Source of the DNA: Sodaliphilus sp.
Lineage (GTDB): Bacteria > Bacteroidota > Bacteroidia > Bacteroidales > Muribaculaceae
Direction of reading: 5' to 3'
Assembly: GCA_036795635.1 (NCBI GenBank)
Contig: DAIREJ010000003.1
Coordinates: 1-34,300, forward strand
Length of the DNA: 34,300 nt
The notes beneath the pieces were generated by a model that did not search any database, was not told the origin of the DNA, and saw only the letters and a program-made list of their open reading frames with translations. Within the stretch, counting starts at the first letter, position 1. Every line of letters begins with the position of its first letter. The translations under genes and the position numbers were made by a program. Of this stretch, positions 1-9,045 are shown piece after piece.

Positions 1-451
1 CGCGGGTGTTGGTGGCAAAGGCGAAGGCCATGAACACTTTCTTCTTCTGTCCCATCGACAGGCTGTTGAGTTTCACATCCATCATCCCGCCCATCTCAAA
101 GATGTCCAGGTAGCGCTGCATGTCCTCCATGCTGAAGCGGGGATAGAACGGGGCATTAATGTCCACATACTGCTTGATGCTCAAGCGGGGCATGTCAAAC
201 TCCTCGGGAACCAGGAATATGTCGCTCATCGTCTTGGGAAGGCGCTTGCGCACATTATCGCCGTCGAAAAGCACTTCACCGGCTTGCGGAGTGAGAAGGC
301 CCGTCATCAGGTAGATGAGCGTGGACTTGCCAGCGCCGTTCTTGCCCAGCAGGCCATACACATTGCCAGCGTTCAATTCAAGCGAGAAATCCTGGAACAG
401 ATTCCCGACACGCTTATTGTAAGCGAAACTTAATTGATTGATTGTAAACAT
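1..451 (-). CDS. ABC transporter ATP-binding protein (3' end outside window)
   Basis: Not in the ORF track. Manual translation from ATG at 451 gives MFTINQLSFAY...GLLGKNGAGKST (Walker A) ... LSMGQKKK (signature variant); the frame is open to the window edge. Confidence 0.93.
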   Translation of the reverse strand, partial: MFTINQLSFAYNKRVGNLFQDFSLELNAGNVYGLLGKNGAGKSTLIYLMTGLLTPQAGEVLFDGDNVRKRLPKTMSDIFLVPEEFDMPRLSIKQYVDINAPFYPRFSMEDMQRYLDIFEMGGMMDVKLNSLSMGQKKKVFMAFAFATNTR

Positions 452-491
452 AACAGATAGCTATTTTAGTGAATGAATAATTACTTTTCTA

Positions 492-513
492 GTGTACTAC
501 TTAACTAGTACAC
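492..513. promoter_or_regulatory. Palindromic operator, probably GntR/YtrA-type
   Basis: Perfect 8-bp inverted repeat GTGTACTA-cttaac-TAGTACAC immediately downstream of the ABC gene -7 element; resembles the TGTA-N-TACA boxes of YtrA-subfamily regulators of ABC operons. Confidence 0.7.
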
Positions 514-515
514 CG

Positions 516-548
516 CAAAGGTATAACAATAGATTTGAATCCACCAAA
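516..548 (-). promoter_or_regulatory. Bacteroidota sigma-70 promoter of ABC gene
   Basis: Minus strand TTTG (545-548), 21 nt spacer, TACCTTTG (516-523); matches the -33/-7 consensus TTTG/TAnnTTTG. Confidence 0.75.
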
Positions 549-600
549 TTTTTTAACACTTTTTAAGAATTTTGTTGATTCCCCCGCTTTCGCACATTAT

Positions 601-636
601 ATAAATAAGAGTGAGCAAGTCGATGACTTGCCCACT
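601..636 (-). terminator. Intrinsic terminator after aminotransferase
   Basis: Minus strand AGTGGGCAAGTC-atc-GACTTGCTCACT hairpin followed by CTTATTTAT. Confidence 0.7.
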
Positions 637-677
637 GTATAAAGGTGTATGAGGGCCCTTAGGGCGCTTGGTATGGA

Positions 678-1871
678 TCAGGCGAGTTTAGCGAGCGCGG
701 CAGCAATGCGCTTGGCGGCCTCACGCAAGTTCTCATCGCTGGTAGCATAACTCAAGCGGATGTAGCCTGGGCAGCAGAAGGCGCTGCCTGCTACAGTGGC
801 GACGTGCGCCTCGTTCAAGAGGTACAGGGCGAGGTCGTTGTCATCATTGATGACAGTGTCACCACAGCGCTTGCCGTAGTAGTGCTCCACACGGGGAAAA
901 GCATAGAACGCGCCATCGGGCATATTCAATTCCAGACCGGGAATCTCCTGCAGCAAGCCCACGATGAGGTTGCGGCGGCGCTCAAAGGCGACACGCATCT
1001 CCTCGACGCAGTCCTGCGGACCATTATAGGCGGCCTCGGCAGCCTTCTGGGCAATCGAGGAAACACCGCTAGTGTACTGGCCCTGCATCTTGTTTACGGC
1101 CTTGGCAACCCACAACGGGGCAGCGATGTAACCGATGCGGTAACCGGTCATGGCATATGCCTTGGACACACCGTTGATGATAACCACCTGCTCCTTGATG
1201 GCATCGAACTGTGCCAGCGACTCATGCTTGCCCACATAGTTGATGTGCTCATAAATTTCGTCGGCGATGACCATCACCTCGGGGTGACGCTCCAGCATAG
1301 CCGCGATGGCTTTCAGCTCGTCACGGGTATAGATGGCGCCACTGGGGTTGCTGGGAGAGCAGATGACGATGAGACGCGTCTTGTCGGTCATGACGGCCTC
1401 CAATTCATCGGCTGTCACCTTGAAGTTCTTCTCCATGCTCGAGGGCAGCAGCACGCTCTTGCCGCCGGCAAGATTGACCATCTGCACATAACTTACCCAT
1501 GCGGGTGTGGGGATGATGACCTCGTCGCCGGGATTGACGAGCGCCATGATGGCGTTGCAAAGCTCGTGCTTGGCACCGTTGCCGATGATAATCTGGTCGG
1601 GCGAATACTCCAAGCCATTCTCACGGCGCAGCTTCTCACACACCGCCTGACGCAGCGACAGATAGCCGGGAACGGGAGAATAAAACGAGAAGTTTTCGTC
1701 AACGGCCTGCTTAGCGGCGGCTTTAATGTGGTCGGGCGTGAAGAAATCGGGTTCGCCCACCGAGAGGTTAATCACGTCCACGCCTTGAGCGCGCAGCTCG
1801 CTGCTCTTCTGTGACATGGCAAGGGTGGCACTGGGTGCCAGTGCGTTAATACGGTCCGAAAGTCGGTTCAT
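678..1871 (-). CDS. aspC: PLP-dependent class I/II aminotransferase (aspartate aminotransferase type)
   Basis: LSVGEPDF, SPSNPSG, DEIY and SKAYAMTGYRIG (PLP lysine) motifs; 397 aa. Confidence 0.9.
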   Translation of the reverse strand: MNRLSDRINALAPSATLAMSQKSSELRAQGVDVINLSVGEPDFFTPDHIKAAAKQAVDENFSFYSPVPGYLSLRQAVCEKLRRENGLEYSPDQIIIGNGAKHELCNAIMALVNPGDEVIIPTPAWVSYVQMVNLAGGKSVLLPSSMEKNFKVTADELEAVMTDKTRLIVICSPSNPSGAIYTRDELKAIAAMLERHPEVMVIADEIYEHINYVGKHESLAQFDAIKEQVVIINGVSKAYAMTGYRIGYIAAPLWVAKAVNKMQGQYTSGVSSIAQKAAEAAYNGPQDCVEEMRVAFERRRNLIVGLLQEIPGLELNMPDGAFYAFPRVEHYYGKRCGDTVINDDNDLALYLLNEAHVATVAGSAFCCPGYIRLSYATSDENLREAAKRIAAALAKLA

Positions 1872-1925
1872 TTCTTGTGATGAGTGTTAAATTGTCAGTT
1901 TTAGTTAATTAGTCTTTTGCTGCTG

Positions 1926-1933
1926 CAAAGGTA
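1926..1933 (-). promoter_or_regulatory. -7 promoter element of aminotransferase gene
   Basis: TACCTTTG(C) on the minus strand about 55 nt upstream of the ATG. Confidence 0.6.
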
Positions 1934-1963
1934 GAGGTTTTTCCGCGAATGAACAAATATTAC

Positions 1964-2932
1964 TCAAGTTTCATCGGGGGATTTTTCCACTACTCTGCCG
2001 TTGACGACCTTAAAGCGGCGGTCAAACTTCTCGCGGGTGCGTTTCCAACGGTTGTGGCTCCACAGCCAGTACTGCGGCGCGCGGTTGATGGTCTGTTCCA
2101 AGCGTTGGAAATAGATGTCGGTCAATTCAAACTCGCCCATCGTTGACGGGTCGCGCGTGATGACCTGGAACTCGCACTCATAGTGGCCACGAGCCACATA
2201 TTTGACATCCAAATACACTACGGCTTGGTTCTGGGAGTGGACGATGCGCTCGACGCCGGTTAACACAGGGGTGTCAGGATGGTTGAGGAAAGTGAGCCAA
2301 TGATGGATGCTCTCCCACTGGGGCACCTGATCGTTGATGTATCCCATTATTGTGGGACGGCCGTCGCGCTTATTGCCCAGAATCCACCGCAGGGTTTCTT
2401 TCATCGACACGCTGTCCGAGCCCATGCGGCCACGAGTCTTTAACACGACACGGTTGATTATTTCGTTGTTGAGCGGATGGTAAATCTGTCCCATGACAGA
2501 ATTGTTGGTAATCATCGGACGCACCCACAGCACCAGCGACGACACCCATTCCCAGTTGCCGTAGTGTCCCAAAAGCAAGGCGATGGATTGGCCGCTGTTC
2601 AGGATCTCGGCTACTTTGTCCGCTCCAGCGAATGTCATGCGGCGCATGATGTTCTTATCGCTGATGGAGGTATATTTCACCGTCTCTACCAGGATGTCGC
2701 AGAAGTGGCGGTAGAACTGCATCCGCAGTTTTTTGATTTCCCTGTCGCTTTTGTCAGGATAGGCAACGCTCAGGTTTTTGGTGATTACGTGACATCGATA
2801 GCGCAGGACATAGGCTATGAACACATACAGCACGTCGCTGAACAGGTAGTGCAGCCACAACGGCAGCAGCGACAATCCGTACCACGTGCCGCAAATCACC
2901 CAAAACGCTATGTCATTCAATATCTTTTTCAT
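1964..2932 (-). CDS. Lipid A late acyltransferase, LpxL/HtrB family
   Basis: N-terminal TM helix; HYGNWE (HxxxxE) catalytic motif, DQ motif, PQYWLWSHNRWK C-terminal motif. Confidence 0.9.
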   Translation of the reverse strand: MKKILNDIAFWVICGTWYGLSLLPLWLHYLFSDVLYVFIAYVLRYRCHVITKNLSVAYPDKSDREIKKLRMQFYRHFCDILVETVKYTSISDKNIMRRMTFAGADKVAEILNSGQSIALLLGHYGNWEWVSSLVLWVRPMITNNSVMGQIYHPLNNEIINRVVLKTRGRMGSDSVSMKETLRWILGNKRDGRPTIMGYINDQVPQWESIHHWLTFLNHPDTPVLTGVERIVHSQNQAVVYLDVKYVARGHYECEFQVITRDPSTMGEFELTDIYFQRLEQTINRAPQYWLWSHNRWKRTREKFDRRFKVVNGRVVEKSPDET

Positions 2933-3023
2933 TAGCGACCGCTAAAGTACTACATTTTATCGGTATGGGCAAATGATAGTGTCAATGCTGCAAATAACAC
3001 CTTGCGGATTGCGCTAAAAATTG

Positions 3024-3031
3024 TAACTTTG
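3024..3031 (+). promoter_or_regulatory. -7 promoter element, near-leaderless
   Basis: TAACTTTG(C) ending 8 nt before the ATG at 3040. Confidence 0.65.
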
Positions 3032-3039
3032 CCACCGTT

Positions 3040-4023
3040 ATGAAGGCCGTAATTGAGTTTTTGAAGAATTGGACCTTGCCCAGCGCAATTGTGGCGGGCA
3101 CGGTCATCTATCTCATATTCTATTGGGTGCCGGCTCTTGACCCCATCAGCGAGGTGATGGAGCCGATATTCGACACTATCTTGCCGTTGTTCATGAGCCT
3201 CATCCTGTTCACGACGTTTCTGCGTGTGGATTTCCACAAGATGCGCCCGGCGATGTGGCATTTGTGGGTGTCGGTGTTCCAAGTAGTCTTCGTCGTGCTC
3301 ATCACGGCTCTCATCATCGGCTTTGACATGAAGGGCAAGGACCTGATTCTCATGGAGGGCATCCTCACCTGCATCATCTGTCCTGGCGCCAGTGCTGCCC
3401 CCGTGGTGACAGGTAAACTGGGTGGCAACCTGGAGACAATGACCAGCTATGTGTTCCTGAGCAACATCGTCACCGTTTTTGCCGTGCCAGTAGTCTTCCC
3501 GCTCATTGACAATAATGTGAACATCAGTTTCTGGGCCGCCTTCTGGATGATTATGTACAAGGTGTTCCTCGTGTTGGTGCTGCCGCTGATTGCGGCCTAT
3601 CTGGTCAAGCATTATCTGCCACGCGTGCAGCAACGGCTGGTCGCCATCCAAGACCTGTCATTTTACATGTGGGGCATCTCGCTGACTATCGTTACGGGCT
3701 GCACGGTGAAGAACATCATCAACAGCCATGCTCCCATGATGTTCCTCATCGCTATCGCCCTAGTGTCGCTGCTCATCTGCCTGGCACAGTTTGCGGTGGG
3801 ACGCTACATCGGCCACTTCTTCGGCACCGTTATCGAGAGCGGTCAGGGGTTGGGACAAAAAAACACTGCCTTTGCCGTGTGGATTGCCTACACCTACCTG
3901 AGCCCTCTGTCGGTGGCAGGCCCTGGCTGCTACATCCTGTGGCAAAACGCCATCAACAGCCTTGAAATCTGGCACCACCGAAAACATCAGGAACAACTCA
4001 ATAAAACTGCTTCAACGTCATGA
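3040..4023 (+). CDS. Bile acid:sodium symporter (BASS)-like transporter
   Basis: About 9-10 hydrophobic helices; CPGASAAPVVTGKLGGN and GQKNT motifs typical of BASS/SBF-like proteins. Confidence 0.8.
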   Translation: MKAVIEFLKNWTLPSAIVAGTVIYLIFYWVPALDPISEVMEPIFDTILPLFMSLILFTTFLRVDFHKMRPAMWHLWVSVFQVVFVVLITALIIGFDMKGKDLILMEGILTCIICPGASAAPVVTGKLGGNLETMTSYVFLSNIVTVFAVPVVFPLIDNNVNISFWAAFWMIMYKVFLVLVLPLIAAYLVKHYLPRVQQRLVAIQDLSFYMWGISLTIVTGCTVKNIINSHAPMMFLIAIALVSLLICLAQFAVGRYIGHFFGTVIESGQGLGQKNTAFAVWIAYTYLSPLSVAGPGCYILWQNAINSLEIWHHRKHQEQLNKTASTS

Positions 4024-4502
4024 AGAAATTAATTAATCCATACCTCGACAAGCAGGGTTACAATTGCTTTGGCTGCAGCCCTACCAATCCCATCGGGCTG
4101 CACTTGGAATTTTGGGAAGACGGCGAGGAGGTCGTCACCACATGGTCGCCATGCGTCAACTATGACGGCTGGGTCGAGACCTTGCACGGCGGCATCATCA
4201 GCACGCTCATCGACGAGTTGGCCAACTGGGTACTCTCGCGCCGTCTGCAGTGCGCTGGCGTCACTACCAAACTCGAGGTGAAATTCCGTCGTCCCGTTTC
4301 CACACGCGACCCGCTAATCACCCTGCGTGGCCGCATCACAAGCAATGTGCGCAACTTCTACACTGTCCACGTCACCCTGCATGACAGCCAGGGACGCCTG
4401 TGTGACGAGGGCGATGTCACCTATTGCATGTTCGACAAGGACCGCTCCCGCGAGATGGGCTTCACCGCCTGCCTCACCGAGGACGAATTATCATCTAAAT
4501 AA
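4020..4502 (+). CDS. PaaI family (hotdog-fold) thioesterase
   Basis: CFGC..NPIGL N-terminal motif and LHGGIISTLIDE catalytic motif; ATGA overlap with the upstream gene. Confidence 0.9.
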   Translation: MKKLINPYLDKQGYNCFGCSPTNPIGLHLEFWEDGEEVVTTWSPCVNYDGWVETLHGGIISTLIDELANWVLSRRLQCAGVTTKLEVKFRRPVSTRDPLITLRGRITSNVRNFYTVHVTLHDSQGRLCDEGDVTYCMFDKDRSREMGFTACLTEDELSSK

Positions 4503-4509
4503 CAGGACT

Positions 4510-6150
4510 ATGGCAAACGAATTGAACATCGGCATGGCATTCTCGGGCGGCGGTTACAGGGCGGCAACCTTCGACTTGGGTACATTATCTTTCCTGAACT
4601 CCATCAGCCTGAACGACGGACGCACGCTGCTCAGTTGCGTGACGGCTCTCACGTCGGTATCGGGCGGCACCATTCCGGCGATGAAATATATGCTCGCTCT
4701 GGCCAAGGGACAACCCATCGACGAGATGGTTCGTGAACTGTTCGAATTCCTGTGCAACGAGGACCTGGTCACCCATGCCCTTAACGGCATCGGTGCCGAG
4801 AAAGCCAACCGCGACGCTTCAAGCATCAAGATTATGGCGGGCATCTACGACAAGTATCTGTTCAAGGGCGCCACGATGGGCGACATTATCGACAACATTG
4901 ACAAGATTCCTGTAAGGGATTACACCGCCCTGGCGACCGACTTTGACAACTCGCTGCCGTTCCGCTTCCGCGTCACCTATGGCTACACGACCTCCGGCGA
5001 GCGCATTTCCTATGGCGCGTTCGGCAACGGGGAGCACAGCATCGGGCGCAATGTGGCACGCCACATCACCTCGGGCGAAGCATTAGCATGCTCCTCTTGC
5101 TTCCCCAGCGGCTTTGAGCCAATGATGTTCCCCGATGACTTCCAGCTGGCGCAGCAACCTGACATTGTCTCCACCATCAAGTCGCGTTTCGGCCTCATGG
5201 ACGGCGGCGTTGTTGACAACCAAGGCATCGGCCCCCTCATGAAGGCCGAGGAACGCCTGCACACCTACCGAGAAGACCAGCAACGCACCGACAAGGCATT
5301 CGACCTTGTCATCATCAGCGATGTAGCCGGTGAAGACATGGACGGCTACACCCCCAGTGAGCAAATGCTGCCCAAAAGTGCCGGACGCCTCACCCTGGGA
5401 CGCCTGCGCAACTACGGACTCATCAGCGAGGCAGTGGTCATGGCACTGTTCATTCTAGCTCTGGCGCTGGGCAGCAACTTCTGGCTCGGCGTGTTGACGG
5501 TTATCCTTGCCATCGTTACCCTGCTGAACGTCGTTGGTGCCTTGTTCAAGAACAAAATCTTCAAGGCCATCGGCAGCACATTTATCGGTGACCGGGCACG
5601 TTTCCTCAACCACATGAAATTCGCTTCGATCGAGGCAATGGTCATGAACCGCGCAAAATCCATCATCATGATGAGCAGTGAAATTTTCCTCAATCAGTTG
5701 CGCAGGAAAAACTATGACGATATCTATGAAAACAACGATTGGCTAAACCGACGCATCACCAGCACCATCTACGAACTGAAACCGAGAGAACAAAAAAGCA
5801 ACGGCAAAAAGCAGAACAAGAGAAAGTGGGAGTATCAGGATTTCCCCAGTGAGCTCAAGCCCAGCGAGGCTATCAAGCGCAACAGCAAACTCGCTGCCAG
5901 CATGAACACCACGCTGTGGTTCACACCCGAGGACAAAGCTGCTGACAAACCCCAAGCCTTGATGGCTTCTGGACAGTACAACATTTGCTACAACCTGCTG
6001 GACTACATCAACAGAATCGAAGAAGATCCGACCAACACCACTCCAGCACACCAACTCATCATCGACTGCAAGCCCCAACTTGAAGCCGCTTGGCAACGCT
6101 TCCAGCAGGACCCCCAATGGATGGTCCCGAAGACTTCAGAGCAGGCCTAA
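4510..6150 (+). CDS. Patatin-like phospholipase with internal two-helix membrane anchor
   Basis: Start moved to ATG 4510 (MANELNIG). SGGGYRA oxyanion motif, SVSGG nucleophile elbow, DGGVVDN catalytic Asp; hydrophobic hairpin at about 5419-5547. Confidence 0.85.
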   Translation: MANELNIGMAFSGGGYRAATFDLGTLSFLNSISLNDGRTLLSCVTALTSVSGGTIPAMKYMLALAKGQPIDEMVRELFEFLCNEDLVTHALNGIGAEKANRDASSIKIMAGIYDKYLFKGATMGDIIDNIDKIPVRDYTALATDFDNSLPFRFRVTYGYTTSGERISYGAFGNGEHSIGRNVARHITSGEALACSSCFPSGFEPMMFPDDFQLAQQPDIVSTIKSRFGLMDGGVVDNQGIGPLMKAEERLHTYREDQQRTDKAFDLVIISDVAGEDMDGYTPSEQMLPKSAGRLTLGRLRNYGLISEAVVMALFILALALGSNFWLGVLTVILAIVTLLNVVGALFKNKIFKAIGSTFIGDRARFLNHMKFASIEAMVMNRAKSIIMMSSEIFLNQLRRKNYDDIYENNDWLNRRITSTIYELKPREQKSNGKKQNKRKWEYQDFPSELKPSEAIKRNSKLAASMNTTLWFTPEDKAADKPQALMASGQYNICYNLLDYINRIEEDPTNTTPAHQLIIDCKPQLEAAWQRFQQDPQWMVPKTSEQA

Positions 6151-6168
6151 TACGATCTCTGGAATAAC

Positions 6169-7299
6169 TCAAGAAAGAAAACTGCCTTTAATCAATTGCG
6201 CGGCGACATCGGTGCAGACGTCAGTGCCAAGGCGCTCGGCAAGGCGGTAATAGCCTTCGAGTTGGGCATTGCGTCCGGGTGTATCGCCCAACAGTTGGGT
6301 TAAATGTGTGTCGATGCTATCGACAGTGCATAGGTGCATCAACAGTTCGGGGATGACAGGTTCATCAGTGATGAGGTTGGGTAGCGTGACATATTTTCCT
6401 GATAGCAGGCGTCGATAGAAATTATAGGACCACTTGCTGCCGTTAAAACGATAGCAGGCAACCTGCGGCGTGCCCAGCAGAGCCGTCTCAAGAGTCGCTG
6501 TGCCCGAGGTCACGAGCGCAGCACGGGCATGGTGGACAAGCTGATAGGTGGCATCGCGCAGCACAGGAACGACCTTATCACCCATGACTTCGCGATAGAG
6601 ATCATCGTTGATGCTTGGCGCACCAGCAATAACTGCCTGATATTCGGGATGACGTTTTGCAGCCTCAAGCATTAGTGGCAGATTGTCGCGGATTTCACGC
6701 ACACGCGAACCTGGCACAAGGGCGATAATGGGGTCGTCATCAAGGTTATATTTTTCAATGAAATCAGCAAAACCGGGAAAATCCTTTTTTGCTTGCGCCA
6801 CTTCCTGCACTGTGGGATTGCCCACATAGGTCGCCGTGTAATCATGCCCCTTATACCAGTCGGGCTCAAACGGCAGGATGCAGTACAGATGGTCAACATA
6901 GCGGCGGATGTCTTTGACGCGCCACTCCTTCCACGCCCATACCTTGGGCGAAATAAAATAATGGACCGGGATGCCGATGTTGTGGGAATATTTCGCCACC
7001 TTGAGGTTGAACGACGGGTAATCAACAAGAATCACCGCATCTGGACGCCACTCGTCGATGGCACGCCGGGCAGTACCGAGAAAGCCCAAAATTTTTCCCA
7101 AGTGCTTCACCACATCCATGAAACCCATGTAAGCCATGTCACGGTAATGGATAAGGGGCTGAGCACCTGCCTGTTCGGCCATCAAGTCGCCGCCCAGATG
7201 ATGGAACTCGGCCTCAGGGTCTTCCTGCTTGAGCGATGCCATTAAGTGCGAGGCATGCAAGTCGCCCGATGCCTCACCGGCAATGAGGAAATACTTCAT
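6169..7299 (-). CDS. lpxB: Lipid-A-disaccharide synthase
   Basis: IAGEASGDLH, VDYPSFN, ISPKVWAW, PGSR and SGTATLE motifs. Confidence 0.97.
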   Translation of the reverse strand: MKYFLIAGEASGDLHASHLMASLKQEDPEAEFHHLGGDLMAEQAGAQPLIHYRDMAYMGFMDVVKHLGKILGFLGTARRAIDEWRPDAVILVDYPSFNLKVAKYSHNIGIPVHYFISPKVWAWKEWRVKDIRRYVDHLYCILPFEPDWYKGHDYTATYVGNPTVQEVAQAKKDFPGFADFIEKYNLDDDPIIALVPGSRVREIRDNLPLMLEAAKRHPEYQAVIAGAPSINDDLYREVMGDKVVPVLRDATYQLVHHARAALVTSGTATLETALLGTPQVACYRFNGSKWSYNFYRRLLSGKYVTLPNLITDEPVIPELLMHLCTVDSIDTHLTQLLGDTPGRNAQLEGYYRLAERLGTDVCTDVAAQLIKGSFLS

Positions 7300-7793
7300 G
7301 GCATGCGGCGTTTAAGGGTGATGAAATCAAACTCGTAAGCGTTTCGGTGGTCGCTCTCGTGGTGTTCACGGTTCACCTCCTGCCACTCGTCCATGTCGAG
7401 CGCGGGAAAGAACACGTCAGCACTCGCCCAACGGGCATTGATGCGAGTCAAATGCAACACATCGACAAGCGGCAAAGCCTGCTTATAGATTTGTGCTCCC
7501 CCGATGATGAAAACAGTGTCGGTCTCAGCGGCAGCAATGGCATCCTCAAGGCTGTGTACCACCGTCACGCCAGGGTTCTGCCAATCAGCGTTGCGGGTGA
7601 TGACAATGTTCTGGCGACCAGGTAGCGGACGGCGAGGGAACGACTCAAAAGTCTTGCGCCCCATAACAATGCTGTGGCCCATGGTCACATCCTTGAAATG
7701 CTTCATATCGGCTGGCAAATGGCACAGCAGGTCACCCTGGCGCCCAATGCCCCAGTCACTAGCCACAGCCACTATCGCTTGAATGCTCTTCAT
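7296..7793 (-). CDS. folA: Dihydrofolate reductase
   Basis: MGRKTFES, PLPGRQN, IIGGAQIY, DVFFP motifs; ATG at 7793 preferred over TTG at 7805; downstream of thyA. Confidence 0.95.
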   Translation of the reverse strand: MKSIQAIVAVASDWGIGRQGDLLCHLPADMKHFKDVTMGHSIVMGRKTFESFPRRPLPGRQNIVITRNADWQNPGVTVVHSLEDAIAAAETDTVFIIGGAQIYKQALPLVDVLHLTRINARWASADVFFPALDMDEWQEVNREHHESDHRNAYEFDFITLKRRMP

Positions 7794-7803
7794 TTCAAAT
7801 CTC

Positions 7804-7845
7804 AATCACTACACTAATCACTCCTAACTCCTAACCCCTAACTAA
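7804..7845. repeat. Short heptamer tandem repeats in thyA-folA spacer
   Basis: AATCACT twice, then CTCCTAA CTCCTAA CCCCTAA (7821-7841). Confidence 0.6.
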
Positions 7846-8636
7846 ACTGATACCACACCCTTGATGGCAGGCCAGGGATCATAACCCTCAAGCGTGAAGT
7901 CCTCGTACTTGTAGTCGTCGATACTCTTCACTGCGGGGTTGAGCAGCATGTGCGGCAGCATGCGCGGCTCGCGAGACAGCTGCTCCTTCACCTGGTCAAA
8001 GTGGTTGCGGTAGATGTGTGCGTCACCGAAGGTGTGAATAAACTCACCCGGCTCAAGGCCTGTCACGTGAGCAACCATCATCAGTAACAGCGAATAACTC
8101 GCAATATTGAACGGTACACCCAAGAACAGGTCGGCACTGCGCTGATACAGTTGCAGGCTCAACTTGCCGTCAGCCACATAGAACTGGAACAGCGAATGAC
8201 ACGGTGGCAGTTTCATCGTGGGCACCTCGGCCACGTTCCATGCGCTCACCATGATGCGACGGCTGTCGGGCGTGTTTTTGATCTGGTCGATAACCTGGGC
8301 AATCTGGTCAATGGTACCGCCATTGCCATCGGGCCAGGCGCGCCATTGGCTGCCATAGACAGGTCCCAAGTCGCCATTCTCATCGGCCCATTCGTTCCAA
8401 ATGCGCACCCCATGCTCCTGAAGCCAGCGCACATTGGTGTCACCACGCAGGAACCACAACAGTTCATAGATAATGGACTTGAGGTGCACTTTTTTTGTTG
8501 TCAACAGGGGAAATCCGTCGGCAAGGTTGCAACGCATCTGGTAGCCGAACACGCTGCGTGTGCCGGTCCCAGTGCGGTCTTCCTTGTCCACGCCATGTTC
8601 CATGACATGGCGCACCAAATCAAGATATTGTTTCAT
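7842..8636 (-). CDS. thyA: Thymidylate synthase
   Basis: DRTGTGT, LPPCH (catalytic Cys), YQRSAD and GVPFNIASY motifs; 264 aa. Confidence 0.98.
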   Translation of the reverse strand: MKQYLDLVRHVMEHGVDKEDRTGTGTRSVFGYQMRCNLADGFPLLTTKKVHLKSIIYELLWFLRGDTNVRWLQEHGVRIWNEWADENGDLGPVYGSQWRAWPDGNGGTIDQIAQVIDQIKNTPDSRRIMVSAWNVAEVPTMKLPPCHSLFQFYVADGKLSLQLYQRSADLFLGVPFNIASYSLLLMMVAHVTGLEPGEFIHTFGDAHIYRNHFDQVKEQLSREPRMLPHMLLNPAVKSIDDYKYEDFTLEGYDPWPAIKGVVSV

Positions 8637-8659
8637 CGTTTTCGGTCGATTATCGGTTT

Positions 8660-9034
8660 TTACCAGTTAAAGATATTACGCAGCAGCCACCAAATGAGCA
8701 CCATGGCAAGAAAAAGCCAGATGAGTAAAGGTGCATTCAGGCGAACATACAGCTGCGGATTGCGAACGCGTTGCGACTCGGCATACAAGCACAGGGCAAT
8801 CCATGGGATAGACACCAGCAACATCGCATTATACTTGAATGCTTCCGCCGCATCGCCATGCAGCAGCGCATGGATGGCACGCTGGCTACCGCACCCTGGA
8901 CACTTAAATCCCGTGAGTGTCAAAAACGTGCAACGCGGGAAAACGCTCGACGAGACTGGATCCACGGCAAAGTAGATAAAGCCGAACACCAGCAACAGCG
9001 CTATAACGACCGTGATGACGAGCGAATGGCGCAT
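8660..9034 (-). CDS. DUF2752 family membrane protein
   Basis: [25 protein letters not shown] motif; likely start MRHSLV at 9034. Confidence 0.85.
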   Translation of the reverse strand: MRHSLVITVVIALLLVFGFIYFAVDPVSSSVFPRCTFLTLTGFKCPGCGSQRAIHALLHGDAAEAFKYNAMLLVSIPWIALCLYAESQRVRNPQLYVRLNAPLLIWLFLAMVLIWWLLRNIFNW

Positions 9035-9045
9035 CACACAAGGCG

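Noticed and set aside
804..1814. 336-aa plus-strand ORF, and other long antisense ORFs (8151-8975, 16971-18329, 23398-24141, 30705-31718, 32789-33667)
   Set aside because: They lie opposite well-supported genes, show no recognisable motifs, and are expected shadow frames under GC-rich codon bias.
4327..4509. N-terminal extension of the patatin ORF in the track
   Set aside because: It overlaps the thioesterase gene; ATG 4510 sits directly before the first patatin strand.
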